The notes beneath the pieces were generated by a model. The model saw nothing but the letters and a program-made list of their open reading frames with translations, was not told the origin of the DNA and did no database searches. Positions 24,601 to 32,000 of a DNA stretch of 32,000 nt are shown piece after piece. A program made the translations under genes and the position numbers. Where the stretch lies: assembly GCF_000009705.1 (NCBI RefSeq), contig NC_003272.1:2580001-2612000 (forward strand), read 5' to 3'. The stretch is from Nostoc sp. PCC 7120 = FACHB-418 (lineage in GTDB: Bacteria; Cyanobacteriota; Cyanobacteriia; Cyanobacteriales; Nostocaceae). How positions within the stretch are numbered: position 1 is the stretch's first letter; every line of letters begins with the position of its first letter.

Positions 24601-25144
24601 AACCAGTGCTAGTAAGATTTGTAGTGAAGTATGTTGAGTTAAAGTTATTTTGGGTCACACTTCTAGAATGCCTAAAAATTTTCTTTCGAGGATATTGCTT
24701 CTAGAACCGCATAACCTAGTCATAATAAATTGCAGCTTCATGTTGATAAGCTTTCATGCAATTATTTGCGTTGCTGCTCTACATAACCGTCTCCTCTATA
24801 AGAGAAATACTTGCATCGAATTATACGCAAAATCTTCTCATTTCTCATCTTTTCTTTACAGCCTTTACCTGTTAAAACAATTAAAGCTAAATTATGATCC
24901 CCCTGGTCAAATATAGGACTAAAGTTTGATTTTTGAATAAACTCCTTACCTATCAAAAAGCATTTTCCTCTATTCTTATCCCAAGCAAGGCAATTCAAAA
25001 ACCAAAACTGACTGCTATATTTTGCTTTTCTGCTATTAGTCTAACCACTGAGGTAGTGAGAATTACTCAGCGTGGGTGAAATTTTAATTTGTCTGATGAA
25101 TTGGCTTTTTTAGGATAAAAATCACTCGATAGGGCGTATCAAGC

Positions 25145-25627
25145 ATGACCACTATGGCTGACCCAACTAACAGCAAAGTACCTGATAATCAACCAACACT
25201 TAAACAAGGTGATACAGGGGAAGTAGTCAAAGAACTACAAAGGCTATTAAGGAGTTATTATTGTTATTCTGGGCCTATTGATGGGGTTTTAGATTCAGAA
25301 ACAGTTGGGGGAGTAATTTTATTTCAGCATCGGGTTTTTATCCCAGAAGATGGAATTGTTGGCTATAAAACTTGGCAAGCTCTATATGAAGGAAGAGTAA
25401 TTGATTTACCTATTTTGAAATATGGTAGCCAAGGTGAACTGGTTAAAGCCTTGCAACAAAGACTCCAAAATGCTGGATACTATACGGGATTGGTTGACGG
25501 AGATTTTAGCTTAGTTACGGAAGCAGGTGTAAAATCTTTTCAACTACGAAATAACTTAAAAGTTGATGGTATTGTAGGCGATCGCACTTGGGCTGTTCTC
25601 AGCAATACACCTATTTTTGACAGTTAA
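25145..25627 (+). CDS. Protein with two peptidoglycan-binding (PG_binding_1) repeats, no catalytic domain and no recognisable signal peptide
   Basis: 160 aa. Repeat 1 is GDTGEVVKELQRLLRSYYCYSGPIDGVLDSETVGGVILFQHRVFIPEDGIVGYKTWQAL. Repeat 2 is GSQGELVKALQQRLQNAGYYTGLVDGDFSLVTEAGVKSFQLRNNLKVDGIVGDRTWAVL. The N-terminus MTTMADPTNSKVPDNQPTLK is hydrophilic. Confidence 0.8.
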   Translation: MTTMADPTNSKVPDNQPTLKQGDTGEVVKELQRLLRSYYCYSGPIDGVLDSETVGGVILFQHRVFIPEDGIVGYKTWQALYEGRVIDLPILKYGSQGELVKALQQRLQNAGYYTGLVDGDFSLVTEAGVKSFQLRNNLKVDGIVGDRTWAVLSNTPIFDS

Positions 25628-25637
25628 AGAATATAAG

Positions 25638-25662
25638 TTTTCCATTATCTAGATATGGAAAA
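25638..25662. terminator. Bidirectional terminator hairpin between convergent genes
   Basis: Stem TTTTCCAT (25638..25645) / ATGGAAAA (25655..25662) with a 9-nt loop. The A/T-rich arms supply U-tracts in both orientations. It lies between the stop at 25627 (+) and the stop at 25759 (-). Confidence 0.55.
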
Positions 25663-25758
25663 TTTATTATGTTATCTCCCCATTGATGCCAGATTATTAA
25701 GTATGCAAATCTCTCTTTTCCTTGACTATTAATCACTAATCATCTTTTTTAGAAAAAA

Positions 25759-28416
25759 TTACAACCAATTACCAATTAATACATAGGCAGACCAATAACT
25801 TGGGGCGCTGTAGTTGGGATGTTGTAATAATTTTAGTTGGGCGCGGCGGAGGGCTTCGGCTTTAGTGATGTTGTTGTTTTTGAGTTCTCGATAGAAGTCG
25901 CCAACCAATAAAGCTGTTGATTCATCATCAATTTGCCACAGAGATGCTACCGTACTGCGTGCGCCGGCGCGGACTGCGGCTCCTGCTAGACCAAGAGCAG
26001 CGCGATTGTCTCCGGCTGCGGTTTGACAAGCGCTTAACACTAATAGTTCTACTGCACTCGGACGAATTTGCTCTTGACCACGCAGCAAGGTATCAAATTG
26101 GGTGACGTTGATTGGCCCATCTGATGCCAAAATAAAAGTGTTTTCAGCACGGGAACTAAACTGGCCATGGGTGGCTAAATGCACTACGTTAAAGGAGACG
26201 GTATTGACTTCTTTTTCTAGTGCTTCGCGGGTAAATTGCTGGTCGAACAAACTAGTAATGGAAACTCCCGCGCTAGCAATTAAATCTACTTCCGACTTGA
26301 TTGCAGGTAATGGGGCAAAGTTGGGGTAATTTGGCGGGGGTTGAGTGAGTCCAGCAGTTAATGCTCTCAGGTCTCCTCGTTGTAGTGGTTTGGGGTCGAG
26401 GAGTTGCAAACCTACACTCAAGGCGATCGCATATTTTTCTATTAAGTATTGCTGTCCATCATAGAGTGCGCCTAGTGGTAAATTTCGTAATAAACCATCG
26501 GGGACAAACACGAGAGTTTTTACCCCACTAGCTGCTAGTTCTGATTCAATAGGTTTGATGAGCCAGTCATAAACCTGTTGTGATTGAGTTTTGACGGCTT
26601 TGCTAGCCGTGGGACGAACCAGATTTTCGCGTAGTTCGCTCAGAACTTTGTCTACTTCTTTTTGCTCAACATTAGTGCTGTAAAGTTGCAAAGGTTTGTG
26701 GGGAATTTTAACGATTACCTGAATTTGTCGCCGCAAAATAATCGGGTAGAGAATCGCCGCCGTGGGGTTATCTTGGTCTACCACTTGATCGAGTAACACT
26801 GTTTCACCTTGTAAACAGGCTTCCCGAAAGAAGTTATCTAATTCTGCCAATTGTAATGCTTCAATCCGTTGCCGGGCTTTATCAAGGATTTTTTCGTTAA
26901 CTTTTTCTGGCTGGGATGACAATAATAACTCTACTGATTGCCTATAGATGGGTTCTACACTGTCGCGGAAGTTAAACTGCACATCTTGATTGACGGCTAC
27001 TAAGTCACTGCGTAGGGATTTTAGGCTTTCTACTGCTGCATCATAAGCGGCGATCGCCCCAGATATATCTTTTTGCGCCCACAACAACCGCCCCAATTGC
27101 CACTGCAAGCGATAGATAATGTCTGAGGCGTTACTAGCCTGGGCTAAGATTAAGGCTTGTTGGGTGAGACTGTTGGCTTCTGACCACTGCTGGTTTTGTT
27201 CATACAAATTCCCCAAACTCAAGATTGCATAAGCTTCTGCCCGTTTATCATCCAAGCTGCGGGATTGCTGGATAGTTGTTGCTAATAATTTGGCTACATC
27301 CTGAGTGCTTGGTGCTAATGGCACATTTTTATTCCGCCCTTGGTTCTCGGAACTCGTAAGTTTCATGAGACTTTGAGCAAAGTTAATCTCGGCGTAGATA
27401 GCCGCACGACTAGGGGGTAATTGGTTGATTTGGTCTTGAATTGCTGGGATTAAAGCTGCCACTTCCGTGAATTTTTCGTTGTCCAGCAACAAACTGAGGT
27501 GGTTAACTTGGGCTTGAATTTTCGTTAAAGGTGCGGGGGATGCGGCTATTGTTTGTTGATAAAAATTGATCGCCTCTGATATTTGCAGTTTAGCGCGGGC
27601 ATTGTTGCCCAAACTAAAGTAACTAGCTGCAACCTCCCCAGGTATTGCCAAGCGTTTGGCAACTTCTAGACTCTGTTCTAAGGTAGTGCGGGAGTCCATT
27701 AAATTCCCTGCTACCATCAGGGCATCACCAAGCGATCGCAATCCTACAGCTTTTTCCAGGGAGTCTGGCTGTGATTGTAATTTTTGTCTAACTTCTAGTA
27801 AAACTTTCACCGCCCGACGATAAAATCCTTGTGTCCGCCATGCCTGGGCTTGATTGATTTGCGATCGCACTTCGCCATTAAAATTGTTAGTTTGTTGATA
27901 TATCTTGGCTGTGCGCTGCCAAGTGCTTAAAGCTGCCTCTGCTTTACCCGTCGCCAGTTGCAAACGGCCTTGAATATCTAATGATTGGGCTAATACTTGG
28001 GGGTTCTGTTCTTTGCCCTCAAGTAAATTTAAGCTGTCTGTAATCGCCTGCTGTGCTTGTTGCCACGCACCTATTTGTTGATAGGCTAAAGACAAGTTAC
28101 TAAGAGTCGCTGCTAATTTGAGATTTTCACCCTTTTGCAGATATTCTTGTGCCACCTGCTGTAATATCTGCACTGCTTCGGCAAACCTGCCTGTATCGTA
28201 TAGGGCTTTACCCTGTTCTACTAGGGAGATGGTAGAAGTGACTTGTGCGGTATGAGTTGGGGTGACTACTTTTGCCAACACTGGCGAATTCACCGTGCAG
28301 ATCAACGCCAACAGAAAGCACAAAGCCAAACGTAAGGACTTGACCAGCTTACCCTTTATCTTCCGTATTCTTCCTGTAACAAAATCAGGATAATAGACCC
28401 TAGTAGTTTTATTCAT
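25759..28416 (-). CDS. Exported TPR-repeat + CHAT-domain (caspase-like Cys protease) protein
   Basis: The likely start is MNKTTRVYY... (ATG 28416), which overlaps the upstream stop within ATGAATAA. Signal/anchor LRLALCFLLALICTVNSPVLA. A ~550-aa TPR-like array follows (repeated A..L..A...G.W..A motifs). C-terminal CHAT domain with His (VVHLATHGQF) and Cys (LLVLSACQTAAGD) of the catalytic dyad, then ...ASLWQIDDEST...YWSAYVLIGNWL. Confidence 0.85.
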   Translation of the reverse strand: MNKTTRVYYPDFVTGRIRKIKGKLVKSLRLALCFLLALICTVNSPVLAKVVTPTHTAQVTSTISLVEQGKALYDTGRFAEAVQILQQVAQEYLQKGENLKLAATLSNLSLAYQQIGAWQQAQQAITDSLNLLEGKEQNPQVLAQSLDIQGRLQLATGKAEAALSTWQRTAKIYQQTNNFNGEVRSQINQAQAWRTQGFYRRAVKVLLEVRQKLQSQPDSLEKAVGLRSLGDALMVAGNLMDSRTTLEQSLEVAKRLAIPGEVAASYFSLGNNARAKLQISEAINFYQQTIAASPAPLTKIQAQVNHLSLLLDNEKFTEVAALIPAIQDQINQLPPSRAAIYAEINFAQSLMKLTSSENQGRNKNVPLAPSTQDVAKLLATTIQQSRSLDDKRAEAYAILSLGNLYEQNQQWSEANSLTQQALILAQASNASDIIYRLQWQLGRLLWAQKDISGAIAAYDAAVESLKSLRSDLVAVNQDVQFNFRDSVEPIYRQSVELLLSSQPEKVNEKILDKARQRIEALQLAELDNFFREACLQGETVLLDQVVDQDNPTAAILYPIILRRQIQVIVKIPHKPLQLYSTNVEQKEVDKVLSELRENLVRPTASKAVKTQSQQVYDWLIKPIESELAASGVKTLVFVPDGLLRNLPLGALYDGQQYLIEKYAIALSVGLQLLDPKPLQRGDLRALTAGLTQPPPNYPNFAPLPAIKSEVDLIASAGVSITSLFDQQFTREALEKEVNTVSFNVVHLATHGQFSSRAENTFILASDGPINVTQFDTLLRGQEQIRPSAVELLVLSACQTAAGDNRAALGLAGAAVRAGARSTVASLWQIDDESTALLVGDFYRELKNNNITKAEALRRAQLKLLQHPNYSAPSYWSAYVLIGNWL

Positions 28417-30844
28417 GAATATGGCAGATGGTGGACGAAAACCAGGGATGTTGATGATTAACAGTAGGAACTGGAGCAACTAAAGCAATATTGCCATTGG
28501 TATCCATCACCCATCCCTGTGCTTCCACAATTTTAGGGGAATCAGGGTTATCCACAACATTAATGGGCGTAAAATTACTGATTGTTAACAAATGGTGAGG
28601 ACTGGGGGAATTTTTGGTTTCCCTGTCTCCTGGAAAAGTTGCTTTCAGTCCTGGTTCTGTCTCACCATCTGAACTACAAACCTGGGTTAGCCTGGATGTA
28701 TTGATGGGATTTGTAGAGAACGCAGCAAATCTCTGACGAGAGTCTACATCCGGCTGGTTAATTGTGACCATACTTGTGAAAGATGGGCTGGCCTGTGAGA
28801 AAGTCAGGATATCATTGGTGAGTAGAAATCCTGAGTCAAGCTGATTTGGGTCGGTAGTCCCTAAAATTTGCTCAAGTTCGCCTCGATTACGCACAACTAA
28901 ACCAAGAAATTTCTGAGTACTGATTGTCACCCTACCCCCTGCACCCCCGAACACATTGGCGGTGATGTCGTTATTTTCATTGGGAGTTGCCACAATGAAA
29001 GGGCTATTAATTTCGATGTTGCCACCATTACCGTCAGCAAATGTAGAAATTTGACTATTAAGGCGTAGTCGCAATATGGCGCTGAGATTGAGATTTATAT
29101 TGCCACCATTACCGGAGGTAGTTTGAGCAATCAATTGACTTTGGTTATCTAGTTTAAGCGATCGCGCCTTGATAGATAAATTTCCCGACTCTCCAGCCAC
29201 CGTAACTTCTGCCCCATTTTGAATAATTAGGCGATCGCCTACAATATTTAAGTTATCTGCCGTTATCCTGGCTCCGTTTTCTACAGTCAGTAATCCAGTA
29301 TTGATATTTAATGTGCTGTCATTGGTGGTAGTTCCTGCTTGAGTTACAGCAAAAATCCCACTACGAAAAATATCTAAAGATGAGGCTGTAGCAAATTGGG
29401 AAGTACCACTCACTTGCATACCTGCTGAGGCATTAATCAATAGGTCTCCCCCCTGACTTCCATACCTAGAAACATTAGATATTTGTGCGCCACCTTGAAT
29501 ATTTAACTGTTGAGTTTCTAAGGTAATTGTGCCAGTATTACCTGCATTTTCTGGAGCATCGGGGGCAACTTGCGCGAAAATTCCACTGGGAATATCGCCA
29601 TCGGCACTTTCTCCCCTCAAATCTATAGAATCTGTAGCTCTAACTAAAATATTTCCCGTGTTTCCTGCACCAAATGTAGAAGCTTCTATCCCTGCACCAT
29701 CTGTTAGTAAAAGTCGCCTAGTTTCAATGGTCAAATTGCCACCATTACCTGTCACATTGGCACAACTTTCCCCTAAAGAACAGACCTGTGAACCAATAAA
29801 TGATTCTTCCCCCAGTTCTACCGAATCTTTAGCCGTAATCCAAATATCTCCCGCCTTAGCTTGAGATTGAGCAATAGTCAAGATATTAGAAATACCACCT
29901 ACTTTTAAAGATTCAGTAGCATTAACAATGAGGCTATTTCCTGTTTGCAAACCAAAATTAACTGCAAAAACTAGTGAATCGTCAATAGTGACATTTCTCC
30001 CTTGAATTTGAATTGCACCACCACTATCTTGCATGGGGATACTACCAGTATTAACTAAAGTTCCAGCCGCAAGCCTGATATCTCCAAAATTTTGTACACC
30101 TGAATATCCAGCAGCGTAAGCATCATCAACTTGGCTGAGGCTGACAAAACCACCTCCAGTAACGCTACCTAGCTCAACTCTCCCCCCTGGCGCTTCCAAA
30201 AGACTACTTTCTAATAATAAATTCCCACCGATTAATCCTAAAGTTCTGCCATTTCCTACTTGCAATCCCAAAGGTAAATCAGCAACAATCGGCTGTTCAA
30301 TATTTCCCGGACTATCACCAAATTGTAACCCTACAGGAACATTTACTGTTAATAAAGAAGTATTATTATTAGTAGTTGCATTAAATTCTAACCCATCAGC
30401 AAACTTGATACTATTTGCAGTCGTCGCCACAAAAGAACCACCAATATTTAAACTAGCATTTGCCCCAAAAATTATGCCCTGGGGATTAATCAAAAACAAA
30501 TTAGCTCTACTACCTGAGGCGGCTGTAATCAAACCATCAATATAACTATGTGAGCCACCAGTAATTCTAGTAATAATGTTTCGCACTGCCAAATTGTGGT
30601 TAAAAATAGCAACATTTCCTGTAACATTGCTAGTTAAAACAGAAAAAGAAAATTCCCTAAAACTATGAAATAAATTTTCTCCCCTTTGAGTACCTCCCTC
30701 AATTACTCGGATGTTCCCTACAGGTCTAACAATAGAGTTAGTAGGAAGCGTATCATCAGGAATAATTTCTGCTTTTGCGGCTGTAAAGTTTAATAAACAT
30801 AATGAAATACTGATGTTCCCGATTAAAAACTTAAATTTGGCCAT
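28409..30844 (-). CDS. Filamentous-haemagglutinin-like exoprotein: N-terminal TPS (haemagglutination activity) secretion domain + right-handed beta-helix repeats + unique ~130-aa C-terminus
   Basis: Start at ATG 30844 (MAKFKFLIGNISISLCLLNFTAAKA, signal peptide); GTG 30853 is an alternative. TPS-domain motifs: GGTQRGENLFHSFREFS, ANLFLINPQGIIFGANASLNIGGSFVATT. Repetitive G/N/T-rich beta-helix region with GNGGNI units. C-terminal ...KIVEAQGWVMDTNGNIALVA... Confidence 0.85.
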   Translation of the reverse strand: MAKFKFLIGNISISLCLLNFTAAKAEIIPDDTLPTNSIVRPVGNIRVIEGGTQRGENLFHSFREFSFSVLTSNVTGNVAIFNHNLAVRNIITRITGGSHSYIDGLITAASGSRANLFLINPQGIIFGANASLNIGGSFVATTANSIKFADGLEFNATTNNNTSLLTVNVPVGLQFGDSPGNIEQPIVADLPLGLQVGNGRTLGLIGGNLLLESSLLEAPGGRVELGSVTGGGFVSLSQVDDAYAAGYSGVQNFGDIRLAAGTLVNTGSIPMQDSGGAIQIQGRNVTIDDSLVFAVNFGLQTGNSLIVNATESLKVGGISNILTIAQSQAKAGDIWITAKDSVELGEESFIGSQVCSLGESCANVTGNGGNLTIETRRLLLTDGAGIEASTFGAGNTGNILVRATDSIDLRGESADGDIPSGIFAQVAPDAPENAGNTGTITLETQQLNIQGGAQISNVSRYGSQGGDLLINASAGMQVSGTSQFATASSLDIFRSGIFAVTQAGTTTNDSTLNINTGLLTVENGARITADNLNIVGDRLIIQNGAEVTVAGESGNLSIKARSLKLDNQSQLIAQTTSGNGGNINLNLSAILRLRLNSQISTFADGNGGNIEINSPFIVATPNENNDITANVFGGAGGRVTISTQKFLGLVVRNRGELEQILGTTDPNQLDSGFLLTNDILTFSQASPSFTSMVTINQPDVDSRQRFAAFSTNPINTSRLTQVCSSDGETEPGLKATFPGDRETKNSPSPHHLLTISNFTPINVVDNPDSPKIVEAQGWVMDTNGNIALVAPVPTVNHQHPWFSSTICHIHE

Positions 30845-31113
30845 ATTTTTCACAAAATCAAATAAGAATAATTACAACTAATATCTGATTTGTGTGAAAA
30901 AAAACGGACTTTATTTTAGGGTTATTTATATTTTTTAAATCAATTATTTATAAGAGGATGTTTGCAAAGTTACTCTCTCTCTACAATTTTTGTCCTGTAC
31001 TTAGTACTGGCCATTGCTTCTTGATACGTAGATAGTAGCTTTTGTCTCTCGAAAATTCCCCACTGAATCATTTAGAATATATCAACAAACATATGATTTA
31101 CAAAAATAACACT

Positions 31114-31350
31114 ATGAGCAGTAACCTCTTACAACGCATTACCTACAATCCCGAAATTTGTCACGGCAAGCCTTGTATAAGAGGACTTCGTTATCCTGTA
31201 GAATTGATTCTGGAATTACTTAGCGCAGGCATGACACCAGATGAAATCTTAGCAGATTATGACGATTTAGAGCGGGAAGATATTTTTGCGGCTCTGCAAT
31301 TTGCTGTGCGTCTTAGCCAAGTTAAAAGTATACATAAAATTGCTTCATGA
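31114..31350 (+). CDS. DUF433-domain protein (HTH-like, putative antitoxin)
   Basis: The likely start is MSSNLLQRITYNPEICHGKPCIRGLRYPVELILELLSAGMTPDEILADYDDLEREDIFAAL. The HGKPCIRG...P motif and the D.P.L..EDI ending are DUF433 hallmarks. A 4-nt ATGA overlap links it to the next gene. Confidence 0.75.
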   Translation: MSSNLLQRITYNPEICHGKPCIRGLRYPVELILELLSAGMTPDEILADYDDLEREDIFAALQFAVRLSQVKSIHKIAS

Positions 31351-31700
31351 GATTTCTGGTTGATTCTCAATTACCTGCTCGACTTGCTCGATTCCTAGAA
31401 TTTGCGGGTTATGACACAATTCATACAAGAGATTTGCCTAATCGAAATGCTACATCAGATATAGAAATTAACGCGATATCAATACGAGATGAGCGCATAT
31501 TAATTACGAAGGATTCTGATTTTTTAAATTCTTTTTTAACGATTCAAAAACCGTTTAAATTATTACTTATAACAACAGGTAATATTAACAACTTAGAATT
31601 AGAAGCATTATTTGCAGCTAACTTAAAAGCTTTGGTCGAATTATTTGAGAGTCACTCCTATATTGAAATGAGTCGTGATTCAATTATTGCTCACCTGTAA
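31347..31700 (+). CDS. DUF5615-family PIN-like (Mut7-C-like) putative nuclease/toxin
   Basis: 117 aa: MRFLVDSQLPARLARFLEFAGYDTIHTRDL...ILITKDSDF, the typical DUF5615 N-terminus. It is paired with DUF433 upstream. Confidence 0.7.
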   Translation: MRFLVDSQLPARLARFLEFAGYDTIHTRDLPNRNATSDIEINAISIRDERILITKDSDFLNSFLTIQKPFKLLLITTGNINNLELEALFAANLKALVELFESHSYIEMSRDSIIAHL

Positions 31701-32000
31701 TTAAAACTGTACCTGTGTACACTGTTAGTCCATCTAAACGAGACGCACTACCAGAGAGAAACTTGTAGAAGTAATGTTGTAAACCTTGTGCGATCGCAAT
31801 AGAAATTATAATCCAGAAACCAAGGCTATCAGACAGACGAAAAAAAATCTCGCTCGATAAAAACCCTAGTAGGACTTTCACTGCTTATATCTTGAGAAAA
31901 TTTGAGCAGCGACTTAGAGCGATCGCGTCATAACCTGACACCCAAACAACTATACAGAACTATTGATAAATACTATCATTAAGGTAGTTACTTAATTACC

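Noticed and set aside
24650-24998. ORFs 24650..24916 (+) and 24762..24998 (-)
   Set aside because: They mutually overlap in an AT-rich region and have low-complexity, unprotein-like sequences. I could not match either to any family. They are kept only as a possible decayed-gene note in the findings.
25917-29864. Plus-strand ORFs 25917..26105, 26102..26329, 29529..29864
   Set aside because: They are antisense to the CHAT and TPS/beta-helix genes, which have clear domain signatures.
31684-31881. 65-aa minus-strand ORF (GTG start) with one hydrophobic stretch
   Set aside because: It overlaps the 3' end of the DUF5615 gene, has a non-ATG start and no recognisable family. It is possibly a small membrane protein, but this is not supportable from sequence alone.

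Overview
This 32 kb segment is most likely chromosomal DNA from a filamentous, Nostocales-type cyanobacterium. Three things support that: frequent HIP1 palindromes GCGATCGC (e.g. 1760..1767, 2735..2742, 4116..4123), STRR-like 7-bp tandem repeats in three intergenic spacers, and the gene content. All family calls come from motif recognition in the translated ORFs; no homology search was possible.

Layout:
- 1..13.1 kb: an iron/siderophore-uptake mosaic. It holds three PchR-like AraC regulator + TonB-dependent receptor modules. One regulator is destroyed by an IS5/IS903-type remnant. The region also carries a FhuD-like binding protein, a DUF1636 Cys-rich protein, a methyltransferase, a vapBC pair whose toxin has an in-frame amber stop, and a MITE-like inverted-repeat element.
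- 13.4..20.7 kb: a complete Hmp/Pil-type chemotaxis-like operon on the minus strand, in the order PatA-type RR, CheY, CheW, MCP, CheA-REC.
- 21.3..22.7 kb: proA, flanked by STRR arrays.
- 22.85..24.58 kb: an apparently intact IS200/IS605 element with divergent tnpA/tnpB. Its ends, a candidate TAM and a candidate omega-RNA can be delineated.
- 25.1..30.9 kb: a leaderless protein with two PG-binding domains lies convergent to a translationally coupled two-gene operon. That operon encodes a TPS-domain (filamentous-haemagglutinin-like) beta-helix exoprotein and an exported TPR-CHAT caspase-like protease. No TpsB/POTRA transporter gene is adjacent. This is the best candidate for an uncharacterised system.
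- 31.1..31.7 kb: a DUF433/DUF5615 TA-like pair.

No rRNA, tRNA or CRISPR array was recognised.
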